A stretch of DNA of 21,030 nt from Eledone cirrhosa (GCA_964016885.1 CAXHJY010001382.1:1-21030); one strand, 5' to 3'; shown: positions 1 through 9,886, counted from the stretch's first letter. The notes: a model not told the origin generated them from the letters alone. Program-made: numbers and translations.

Positions 1-97
1 AAGAGAGAAGAGAGAGAGAGAGAAAAGAGAGGAATACAGAGAAAGAGAGAGAGAGGAGAGGCACAGAAAGAAGAAAGATATAGAGCGAAAAGCAAGA
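1..97. repeat. (GA)n-like purine-rich microsatellite
   Basis: Imperfect AG/AAG runs seen directly. Confidence 0.9.
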
Positions 98-104
98 TTA
101 TATG

Positions 105-107
<3 letters not shown>

Positions 108-137
<30 letters not shown>

Positions 138-276
138 ATATCTGCGTAGGTGTGTGTGAATGTGTGTGAGTGCGCGTGCAGATGTGTGTGATTGTGTAAG
201 TGTGTATGTGTAGGTGTGTGTGTGTAAGTGTAGGTGTGTGTGTGTGTGTGTGTGTGGTGTAGGTGTGTGTGTGTAT
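108..276. repeat. Imperfect (TG)n microsatellite
   Basis: TG dinucleotide runs with interruptions. Confidence 0.9.
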
Positions 277-521
277 GTCCAAACAATTATATGTATATTT
301 GATGATCCTTTATCAAATTCAATTATGCGTTTTCCCCGTGTATCGCCGTGTCAGGGCAAGGGGGGTTATGTTTACACGAGTGTATATTTGTGTATATATA
401 TATATATATATATATGTGTATATTTGTGTATATATATATATATATATATGTATATTTGTGTATGTATGCGTATGTATGTGTACTTGTGAAAACGAGTGTG
501 AGCCTCTACGTTTGTCTCTAA

Positions 522-1548
522 ATGTATGTATGTAAGTATGTATATATGTCTGTATATATGTATGTAAGTATGTATATATCTATATGTATGTATATATGTA
601 TGTAGGTATGTACACATGTCTGTATATATGTATGTAAGTATGTATATATCTATATGTCTGTATATATGTATGTAAGTATGTACACATGTCTGTATATATG
701 TAAGTATGTATATATCTATATATCTGTATATATGTATGTAAGTATGTATATATCTATATATGTATGTAAGTATGTATATATCTATGTATGTATGTATGTA
801 TGTACACATGTCTGTATATATGTATGTAAGTATGTACATATGTCTGTATATATGTATGTAAGTGTGTATATATCTATGTATGTATGTAAGTATGTACATA
901 TGTATGTATATATGTATGTATGTAAGTATGTACATATGTATGTATATATGTATGTAAGTGTGTATATATATATGTATGTATGTAAGTATGTATATATGTC
1001 TGTATATATGCATGTAAGTGTGTATATATCTATGTATGTATGTAAGTATGTACATATGTCTGTATATATGTATGTAAGTGTGTATATATCTATGTATGTA
1101 TGTAAGTATGTACATATGTATGTATATATGTATGTATGTATGTAAGTATGTACATATGTCTGCATATATGTATGTAAGTGTGTATATATCTATGTATGTA
1201 TGTAAGTATGTACATATGTCTGTATATATGTATGTAAGTGTGTATATATCTATGTATGTATGTAAGTATGTACATATGTATGTATATATGTATGTATGTA
1301 TGTAAGTATGTACATATGTCTGCATATATGTATGTAAGTGTGTATATATCTATGTATGTATGTATGTAAGTATGTACACATGTCTGTATATATGTATGTG
1401 AGTATGTATATATCTCTATATATATCTATGTATGTATGTAAGTATGTATATATGTCTGTATATATGTATGTAAGTGTGTATATATCTATGTATGTATGTA
1501 TGTATGTAAGTATGTACATATGTCTGTATATATGCATGTATGTATGTA
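522..1548. repeat. TATG-derived minisatellite with 60-bp and ~160-bp higher-order periods
   Basis: Recurring TATGTATGTAAGTATGTACATATGTCTGTATATA and TGTATGTAAGTGTGTATATATC modules; 1141/1201/1261 start identically; 1021-1180 recurs at 1181-1340. Confidence 0.9.
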
Positions 1549-1696
1549 GTCTCATATTAATGTGTATCAAGAATTAATGAACTACAATACTTTCTCTATT
1601 TCCATGAACTGAGATAAATTTCTCCACAAACAACGATAGAAAATACTTATCTACACACACGTATGTATACATATATATATATATATATATATATAA

Positions 1697-1797
1697 CAAA
1701 AGAGTCAGGACCCCGCCGGCTGAGCTCCGGCAGTTTCGACAGCTAGATCCGAACTCTGGTGCGTTATGGTTCACCTGGTCCATTACCACTCTTTCTT

Positions 1798-1800
<3 letters not shown>
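1697..1800 (-). repeat. Short interspersed repeat, family X copy 1
   Basis: Reverse complement aligns with 5617-5753 (AACCATAACGC...ATCTAGCTGTCGAAAC..GGAGCTCAG..TCCTGAC). Flanked by (TA)n on both sides. Strand is arbitrary. Confidence 0.8.
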
Positions 1801-1853
<53 letters not shown>

Positions 1854-2055
1854 TTATACTTGGGGAAGGTCATATTTGTGTAATATTGCCAGCATTAATA
1901 ACAGAACATACTCACTGTTTGGTTGGTTTTCGCTTCCCGTTTCTGTGTCTTTTATATCGGTAATCTAACTTACTCGGTCCTCAATGTTGCCATTGAGTGA
2001 CCGACGGTCAAAAATAATACAGATACAATATAGACACAAACACATATATATAGTT

Positions 2056-2098
2056 TATCATAAAACTTTCGTTGCAATCTGCAACATCGTCAGTGGTG
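2056..2098 (-). ncRNA. Degenerate minimal type I hammerhead motif (PLE-like)
   Basis: Minus strand CTGACGA-T-GTTGCA-gat-TGCAAC-GAAA-GTTTTA: intact core and perfect 6-bp helix II; helices I and III weak. Confidence 0.6.
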
Positions 2099-2945
2099 TT
2101 ATCGTTTCCTCCTGTTGTATTATATGTCTACGCCATTTTTATTCAGTCTGTCTATATATTTATTTATTTATTTGCTTGTTTGTTTATTTTATTTTGTCTT
2201 CTTTGCGCATGCGTTTACGTGTGTGTATAGTGTTTTGTTTGCTGTGTGATGGGTGACTAGTGTATATATATATTTCTTGATTTTTTTAGTTGATTCTATT
2301 GACTGATGAATAGCTTATGTTAACTTTAACCATTCTGTCGAGAGCTTTATTCGATTTGTGATATTTTGCATTCTTGCAATATTATACACAACTGAATTCA
2401 TTCGCCTAAAATAAGTGTTGCCTCCCTTGCTGAACTCCACGTGGGGTCAGTAATAGTCACACTTTGGATTAGCAATTAAGCAAAATCCTGTTGATAAAGT
2501 GGCTTCCTTGTTCAATCATCTTACCAGAAGCCTGACATTTTTTTATGTAAGCGGACAGTACTTGATTTAGGAATCGCAGAAACCCAAATACTGGATTTTA
2601 CCAACCTTCCAGGGGTCCGGGTAAATTTTCAATCACATATAATTTTTATTGTTTGACCCGAATTACTTGGTCGTTTATTTGGCTGTGCGGATGTTTTGTT
2701 TAACCATCATCTCAGTGTGTTTGGCCTTTAACGTATGTTGTAGCTCTGATTCATCTGAATCATCGAGCGCTTGCCACACATCTCGGAAGTTGTTTTTCGT
2801 TAATTCCTGAGCCGAAATACGATTCTCGCTAATTTATATTTATATATATATTTATATATATGCAAAAGGTAAACAGGAATAATAAAACAGGCGACACAGC
2901 ATAGAAGAAATATATTAGTTTAACGCTTGAAATACCAGGAAGAGA

Positions 2946-2985
2946 GACATTTGCGTTTCGGACACTAGTCTTTCATCAGATGATA
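2946..2985 (-). ncRNA. Degenerate minimal hammerhead motif (PLE-like)
   Basis: Minus strand CTGATGA-aa-GAC-tagt-GTC-c-GAAAC-gcaaat-GTC; no helix I complementarity remains. Confidence 0.5.
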
Positions 2986-3284
2986 GGATTAGAAATAGAA
3001 TATAGATAGAAAGAAAAAAAGTGATAAGAGGAAGGAGTGGGGAAAAATGAGGGAGAAAAAGGGCGAGAAAAAGCACGGACATATTCAGTCAATCATTTTG
3101 GAGATTCGCTGGTCAATGGGTATCTTCCGCGTTAAAGAGGTTTAGGAAAACATATGAGGGGTGGACATGTGTGTGTGTGTGTGTGTGTGCTTGCAGGTGT
3201 GTGCATGTGTGCACGTGAAGGTGTGTTCGCATACATATATAAAATACATCTTTGTGTGTATAGTCATATAAAAGTATGTATGTT

Positions 3285-3330
<46 letters not shown>

Positions 3331-3342
3331 TAAACAAACCAC

Positions 3343-3519
3343 TATCCTGAGGGCTTCCAAAGTAACGGTCGCATTTTTAAAAGGGTACCTCAATGTCTAT
3401 TTATAAAACTGGTATATATTGTATTTTGTCTGATGAAGGCATACCATAATTTAACATGGTATCCTTGAAATATATATAATGAAATAAATATGGTTTTATA
3501 AATATAGTTTCCATTTGTT
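3343..3519 (+). mobile_element. ~175-bp HHR-bearing element, family H1 copy A (PLE pLTR/retrozyme-like)
   Basis: Aligns end to end with the reverse complement of 8348-8524 (TATCC...AGGGTA...TATTTATAAAAC...CTGATGA...TTTCCATTTGTT); (TA)n on both sides. Confidence 0.7.
3398..3504 (+). ncRNA. Type I hammerhead ribozyme
   Basis: CTGATGA 3430-3436; helix II ATACCAT/ATGGTAT plus AGG/CTT; GAAA 3467-3470; palindromic ATATATAT helix III; AUA site at 3478; helix I TATTTTGT/ATGAAATA, extended by TATTTATAAAACT/GGTTTTATAAATA. Confidence 0.8.
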
Positions 3520-3525
3520 AATATC

Positions 3526-3583
<58 letters not shown>

Positions 3584-3619
3584 TGTGTATATATACAGTA
3601 TATATATATATATATATAT

Positions 3620-3774
3620 GTTTATCTCGGGTTCAATCAGGGGTAACCACAGTAAGTAAGGTACTCAATACATAGCAGAGTATAAATATTTAATATAGAA
3701 ATGGCTTCTACAGGACTAGAACTGTTCTATTCGGGAGAAATCATTAGGAAGCCGACTGTCCTGTAGAATCCATT

Positions 3775-3783
<9 letters not shown>
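3620..3783 (-). mobile_element. HHR-bearing element, family H2 copy A (core mutated)
   Basis: Homologous to 13931-14081 in opposite orientation. Minus strand GGCTTC-CTAATGA-tttctcccgaat-AGAA-CAG-ttctagtc-CTG-TA-GAAGCC (3753-3703); 26-bp inverted repeat 3691-3716/3758-3783; (TA)n flanks. Confidence 0.75.
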
Positions 3784-3834
<51 letters not shown>

Positions 3835-3990
3835 TTGTTTGTGTGATTATGTGTATGTATTTGTGCGGGTTTGCGCGTATGAGTTTGTGCGTCTTTGCGC
3901 ATGTATTTGTGTATGTCAGCGTGTGTTTGTGAGCGCATACACGTAATCAAATGCCAATAGAAGCTGGTAACCATTAGAGAGTATCATTAT

Positions 3991-4178
3991 CGGTGGATTG
4001 GCAGTATCGGTAGAGGGTTGGACGCCATGCTTTCCAGCATAGTTACGTCCCTTTACGATCTGAGTTCAAATCCCGCCGAGGTAAACTTTGCCTTTCATCC
4101 TTACGGGGTCGATAAAATAAAGTACCAGTAATGCACTGGGATAATTGCTGGCCTTGTGCCTAAAGTAGAAACAATTAT
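3991..4178 (+). mobile_element. tRNA-derived SINE, short subtype
   Basis: A-box-like TGGCAGTATCGG, B-box GAGTTCAAATCC, core TTTGCCTTTCATCCTTACGGGGTCGATAAAATAAAGTACCAG shared by six copies in the window. Confidence 0.85.
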
Positions 4179-4195
4179 CATACCCACGTCAAAAT

Positions 4196-4410
4196 AATGA
4201 TTTCTAGTAGAGGCACAAGGCCAACAATTTTGGGGAGGGGAAAGTCGATTAAATCGACCCCAGTGCATTACTGGTGCTTTATTTTATCGACCCCGTAAGG
4301 ATGAAAGGCAAAGTTAACCTTGGCGAGATTTGAACTCAGACATGAAGAGCCATAACTCTATGCTTCAAAGCATGGTGTCTGACTCTCTAACGATACTGCC
4401 AATCCACGCC
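4196..4410 (-). mobile_element. tRNA-derived SINE, long subtype, with target-site duplication
   Basis: Reverse complement of the same family; direct repeat ATACCCACGTCAAAATAAT at 4180-4198 and 4415-4433. Confidence 0.9.
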
Positions 4411-4542
4411 CTAAATACCCACGTCAAAATAATAATTACAGAAACACACAGGTAAAGAGGGAGAGAGAGAGAGACACGAAATCCTGGAAGAAAGTTAGGT
4501 AGAGGAAAAGAGGGCGGGGCAAGAGAAAAAGACAAAAGAAAT

Positions 4543-4803
4543 TGAGTTAAAATAAAAATATAGGGACAGGTGGTAAAGGCTTGTGTCGGCATCTCCCAAT
4601 TCCTGCCAATGCTGTTGTGTGTTGTTGCACGTCTCAAAGAATCAGAAACAGTCCGTTAGTAATTTCCTGCTGCCGTATCAGAGGAAGTTTCGTTACAGCT
4701 GCATTCTTTGAAAGATGTTGACATTAGATAACTGAAAGAGATTATTTTTCTATTTGCATTTATTTAATAAATCATTGAATATGGTTTCACAAAATGGATT
4801 AAC
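4543..4803 (+). repeat. 261-bp inverted duplication, arm 1
   Basis: Reverse complement of 7214-7474; no mismatch found by eye. Confidence 0.92.
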
Positions 4804-4994
4804 TCGAAATGCAAGGAATACACTAGCTCCCATATTTATGCATTACACTTCATCACTATATATTACATATATATATAGTTTGTGAAGGTGAGTGGTCCAC
4901 GTTCGATTTGTGGTGTTTGCTATATGTTTGTAGACTGATTAGAACAATAACAATCTTGTTTAGGTATATTTATATATATATATATATATATATA

Positions 4995-5053
4995 GGAAAA
5001 AGTATGACCCCGACGGCAGAGCTCAAGCCGTTTCGACGGCTATTTCTGGACTG
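4995..5053 (-). repeat. Family X copy 2 (partial)
   Basis: GACCCCGACGGCAGAGCTCAAGCCGTTTCGACGGCTA aligns with GACCCCGCCGGCTGAGCTCCGGCAGTTTCGACAGCTA near 1709; (TA)n flanks. Confidence 0.7.
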
Positions 5054-5584
5054 TATATGTATATATATATATATATATATATACATATACATACAATAGG
5101 TAGAAAGGATAACACACTAGAGGAAGAGAGTGTGTGTTATCAATATACAGGGAAAACCACTAGTGTATGGAATCTATAAACTAATTTACAGGGACTAACG
5201 CGAGTCTATGACTCCATTAATTTATTTTGATATATATATATATATATAAGAAAGTAATGTCTTTTAGATTGTCCCACTCGTGTAAAATCATAAGAAAAGA
5301 AATTGAAAGTGTAACTGGAGTATTTTAAGAATATTTATTTACTTTATCAATTTTCACAATTCTTATAATTTTCAAAAATAAACACAAACCCCTCCATCTC
5401 TATTTTACTGCCAGCACCAACAATTTTGAAAGAGATGTGAACATGAAAGGACCTGTTATTTTTATCTAAAGTTAACGTTAAGACCCTCTTCCTGCTATAT
5501 CAAGCGTTAACCTAATACCTCTTCCATATACTGTACCGATTGTGTTGTTATTTCTGTTTACGTTTTACATACAGACACACACAC

Positions 5585-5616
<32 letters not shown>

Positions 5617-5618
<2 letters not shown>

Positions 5619-5753
5619 ACGAAGAGGGTGTGGTAAGATACCATGTCAACCATAACGCTCTAGAGTACTCGATACTTAGGGTATTAGAGTGGGTAATAGA
5701 ATCTAGCTGTCGAAACGGCTGGAGCTCAGACGCCGGAATCCTGACATTTTCCC
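5617..5753 (+). repeat. Family X copy 3, with ~30-nt insertion
   Basis: Aligns with the reverse complement of 1697-1800; (TA)n flanks. Confidence 0.8.
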
Positions 5754-5780
5754 TATATATGTATATATATATCTATCTAT

Positions 5781-6050
5781 CTAAGGCGGGTAAAATTCCC
5801 GAGATCCATGGACGAGTCCTCTCCAGCGGTCTCTGTCCCTCATTATCGCTGCCATGTCCTGCGTCTCCAACAGACCAGTGTCTGTCCTTAGGGCATCAAC
5901 ATACGTTAACCTTGGTCTTCCCCTTCTAGTGTGTCCATGTAGGGGCTCCCAAAGGAGCACTGAGTGCAATGTCAACTCTGGATGTCGGTGAGCATGTCCA
6001 GTTAACCTCAGTCTCCTCTGTGTCACTTTTGAGCTGACTTTTGAAATCAT
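5781..6050 (-). mobile_element. 5'-truncated RTE-clade LINE, 3' end of ORF
   Basis: Translation RRLRLTGHAHRH...LLWEPLHG...RGRPRLTYVDALRTDT...MRDRDRWRGLV matches the typical RTE-clade C-terminal motifs (RL..GH, RGRP, DR..WR); the stop runs straight into a (TAGA)n/(TA)n tail. Confidence 0.85.
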
Positions 6051-6741
6051 TATATATATATAATGATTCAGCATCCCTGTCTGCTGCCCCGTTCTATGAA
6101 AGGTGTGGCGTTCTTGTAACATTGTGACTCTGCTACACTGATTCATTTACTAGCTTACGTAAACTGGAGTTTAAATCATTCGGTTAACACAAACAATGCA
6201 ATATTCCTTAATGATGTCGAGGACATGTTCAACGCCAGTTTTGGAACATGTCAGCTTCGACATATTGTTCTAGTCTTGGAACAAAAAATAACTCTTCCCT
6301 ATGAGCAATCGATCTGCTAAAACTAGAAACCAACTGTCCATCAATTTACATCCTACTGTATTGAATACTCAACTATATTTGATAATGTAGTCCTCCATTT
6401 AGTCGTTTTATGATCAACAGCTGGGTGAATGTCCTGGCGTGCCAATCTCTAAGTTGGACGTAGGTCTACCTGGGCACGTAATCCGTTGTCTTAGTTCCGA
6501 GGTCAGGATAAATGGATAACTCAAAGTACGAGACCAAATCGGTGATTTTGTGGAAATATTTAAACTTCGGGGGAAATACAAAAAGAAACATGAAGAGAAA
6601 GAGACTGTGCAACAAATAATATTTTGCCGTCTGTGGACATGTTGGTCTAAAGTCCCACGAAATAGCCACACATCGCTGATAAAGTTCCTTAATTCTGCTA
6701 GCACGTTACATTTGATTACAAGGGTCTTGTGACAGAATAAA

Positions 6742-6775
<34 letters not shown>

Positions 6776-6776
6776 A

Positions 6777-6924
6777 CCGTATTTTCCGTCTTCGAGGACG
6801 CACCTTAATTTTGACAAACAAAAATTTGAAAAAAAATAATAAACAACTTTCGGCCTCTAGTACGCATGGTAGATTTTTGAGACTTATTTTAGGAAAAAGA
6901 GTAGCGTCTTCGACGCCGGGAAAT

Positions 6925-6928
<4 letters not shown>
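6777..6928. mobile_element. MITE of the Tc1/mariner superfamily (Tc2/pogo-like CCGTA termini)
   Basis: 25-bp TIRs CCGTATTTTCCGTCTTCGAGGACGC (6777-6801) and GCGTCTTCGACGCCGGGAAATAAGG (6904-6928), 20/25 match; TA on the right flank, set in (TA)n. Confidence 0.75.
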
Positions 6929-6967
<39 letters not shown>

Positions 6968-6977
6968 AGAGATATAG

Positions 6978-7014
<37 letters not shown>

Positions 7015-7117
7015 ATATATGTATAAAGATTTAGATTAATATACGAATATACGTTGATTTCGATCTCGTTGCTTACAACATGCTGAATGGAAATGCTGAA
7101 TGGAAAGTGGTTCTACG

Positions 7118-7168
<51 letters not shown>

Positions 7169-7213
7169 GAGATATAAAGAGATAGAGAGAGAGGGGGGCG
7201 TGTGGGCGCATTT

Positions 7214-7474
7214 GTTAATCCATTTTGTGAAACCATATTCAATGATTTATTAAATAAATGCAAATAGAAAAATAATCTCTTTCAGTTATCTAATGTCAAC
7301 ATCTTTCAAAGAATGCAGCTGTAACGAAACTTCCTCTGATACGGCAGCAGGAAATTACTAACGGACTGTTTCTGATTCTTTGAGACGTGCAACAACACAC
7401 AACAGCATTGGCAGGAATTGGGAGATGCCGACACAAGCCTTTACCACCTGTCCCTATATTTTTATTTTAACTCA
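7214..7474 (-). repeat. 261-bp inverted duplication, arm 2
   Basis: Reverse complement of 4543-4803. Confidence 0.92.
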
Positions 7475-7511
7475 CTTTGTTGTTCTCCCCACCACTCTCT
7501 CTCTCTCTCTC

Positions 7512-7568
<57 letters not shown>

Positions 7569-7856
7569 TCTGTATATATATGCAGAGGTTATATTTAATT
7601 TAAACATTTTTATAACTGATATAATATATATATTGGCTTCTTGCTCACATTAATTTCTCTATTTTCATTTATATATATATATATATATATATAATAACTT
7701 GTAATAATTCTTTACACACATCTCACTGTGTAACACATTTCTCTTTGTGTAATATATTTGCATTCGAGCTCAGAAGGAAATTCTCTATTCTTCTTTGAGC
7801 TAATACTATTATTATTATTACAGTGAACTGCGGAATACTCTTAATTCCGATCTTTG

Positions 7857-7888
<32 letters not shown>

Positions 7889-7912
7889 GAGAACAAAAGG
7901 TGGTTAAAAGAG

Positions 7913-8000
7913 TTCCATGTATTTTATTATGCGCATTTCAAAAACAAATATCATCATGCAATAATATTTGTGTTTTCATCAGATAAAACAGGAAGACATG
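7913..8000 (-). ncRNA. Type I hammerhead ribozyme (left palindrome arm)
   Basis: Exact mirror of 8103-8190; TCATCAG at 7976-7982; predicted cleavage after 7928. Confidence 0.85.
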
Positions 8001-8102
8001 ATATGAAGGTTAAAAAACACTTGTGGATAGTGCAGTTTTAAATCAACATATTTATGTTGATTTAAAACTGCACTATCCACAAGTGTTTTTTAACCTTCAT
8101 AT

Positions 8103-8190
8103 CATGTCTTCCTGTTTTATCTGATGAAAACACAAATATTATTGCATGATGATATTTGTTTTTGAAATGCGCATAATAAAATACATGGAA
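8103..8190 (+). ncRNA. Type I hammerhead ribozyme (right palindrome arm)
   Basis: TGTTTTAT-CTGATGA(8121-8127)-16-position helix II with one mismatch (8128-8163)-GAAA-TGCGCA-TA-ATAAAATA; helix III is the palindrome ATGCGCAT; AUA site at 8175. Confidence 0.85.
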
Positions 8191-8306
8191 CTCTTTTAAC
8201 CATCTTTTGTTCTTATATATTATGTATACTCCAGTCCTACAAATTGTAGAGTGCTTCTTATCCGATATCTGCATTGCTTTATTGTACTACAATAAAACTC
8301 ACCTCC

Positions 8307-8347
<41 letters not shown>

Positions 8348-8351
<4 letters not shown>

Positions 8352-8519
8352 AAATGGAAAGTATATTTATAAAGCCATATTTATTTTATTATCATATTTC
8401 AAGTGCCACCAAGGCAAATTATGGTGCGCTTTCATCAGATAAAATACAATACAGATTTGTTTTATAAATAAATAGTGACATACCCTGAAAAAAGACAACC
8501 TTAACGGTTGGAGCTTCCT

Positions 8520-8524
<5 letters not shown>
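8348..8524 (-). mobile_element. HHR-bearing element, family H1 copy B
   Basis: Diverged homologue of 3343-3519, bounded by (TA)n. Confidence 0.7.
8364..8470 (-). ncRNA. Type I hammerhead ribozyme
   Basis: Minus strand TATTTTAT-CTGATGA-AAGCGCACCA..TGGTGGCACTT-GAAA-TATGA-TA-ATAAAATA; 8-bp Watson-Crick helix I plus distal TATTTATAAA/TTTATAAATA; predicted site 8390. Confidence 0.8.
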
Positions 8525-8556
<32 letters not shown>

Positions 8557-8576
8557 TTCACAAAAAGCTGCAATTC

Positions 8577-8581
<5 letters not shown>

Positions 8582-8668
<87 letters not shown>
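8582..8668. repeat. Compound (CT)n-(AT)n microsatellite
   Basis: Pure CT run followed by AT run. Confidence 0.95.
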
Positions 8669-8901
8669 CACTTTCTTCCTCTCTTTCATTATCTTTCTCT
8701 CCCCAACTTCCTACCTTTGTGTGCGTGTCTGTGTGTACGTGTGTCTGTGTGTATGTGTGTGATATTATGCATTTTTCCTTATTTTGACATGGGTATATTA
8801 CTCTCTAATAATTACATACCTCTCTCTCTATACACACACATACACACATTTATATATATATATATAAGTTAAAACAAAGAATGCAGCTGTATCGATATAT
8901 T

Positions 8902-9098
<197 letters not shown>

Positions 9099-9886
9099 AA
9101 ACAACAGAAAACAAAAACAATAACTAAGAGTGCAGTACAAAGTATTAGTATTAGGTTCATACATATGTATAGGTATGTGCCGGTGTGCATATGTATGTTT
9201 ATATGTATGTGTGTGTTTATGTGTGAGTGTATGCCTATGTGTGTGTGTGTATATGTGTGTGTTTATGTGAGAGCGTAGGTATATGTGTGTGTGTGTGTGT
9301 GTATATGTGTGTGTTTATGTGTGAGCGTATGTATGTGTGTGTGTAAGCCAATGAATTAAATATGCTGAAATTTGTAATTGGAATGTCTTTATTGTTTTAT
9401 TTCTATCACATTTGCAAATGGTGGAGCATGGTTTAATTTTTAATTACTTGTGGAGTATTTCCTGGGAATAATTCTTCGTTTTGACGTATTATAATGTTCT
9501 TTGTGATGTCCGTCAGTTTAGATCTCTCTCTCTCTCTTGACCTCTTCCTTCTCTCTCTCCCTCTCGTTCGTGCTCCTCCTCCTCTCTCTCTTGAGCCCTC
9601 CCTTCTCTCTCTCCTCCTCGTTCATTCTCCTCCTCTATCTCTCCCCGACTCCTCACTTTTCTGCACAAACGTACGTACCCATATTTGTATTTATAGGTGC
9701 GAAAATAACAATGAAATGTATTCACAGTTGTTTACTCTTTCCCAGCGAAGCTTGTAAATTAAATATAATATAGTTATAGATTTGACCAAAAAACCTCGTT
9801 TGAATGCTTGCAACAATATAAGCTCCAGTAAATGCATTTCAAAACCTGGTGATTGGGTTTAGTTTGGGACATTTCAAAGTTGTGAA

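Larger units (their letters stand above)
7880..8223. repeat. Long palindrome: ~171-bp arms, 2-nt spacer
   Basis: Arms 7880-8050 and 8053-8223 around TT; two mismatches seen (7889/8214 and 7900/8203). Confidence 0.95.

Noticed and set aside
372-1577. ORFs of up to 317 aa
   Set aside because: Translations of the TATG minisatellite.
2303-2340. CTGATGA on the + strand
   Set aside because: No downstream GAAA or helices; not a hammerhead.
2310-2835. Possible decayed hAT transposase C-terminus on the minus strand (PTWSSARE..., FRRMNSV)
   Set aside because: Needs several frameshifts and stops; too weak without a BLASTx or HMM search.
4511-4610. GC box and two CCAAT motifs suggesting a promoter
   Set aside because: Short motifs expected by chance; no downstream gene supportable.
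5108-5141. 10-bp hairpin GATAACACAC/GTGTGTTATC
   Set aside because: Isolated, partly low-complexity and single-copy in the window.
7081-7106. 13-bp tandem duplication TGCTGAATGGAAA
   Set aside because: Ordinary slippage duplication.
4543-7474. 261-bp repeats as transposon TIRs
   Set aside because: No TSD at the outer ends, no recognisable terminal motif and no transposase inside.
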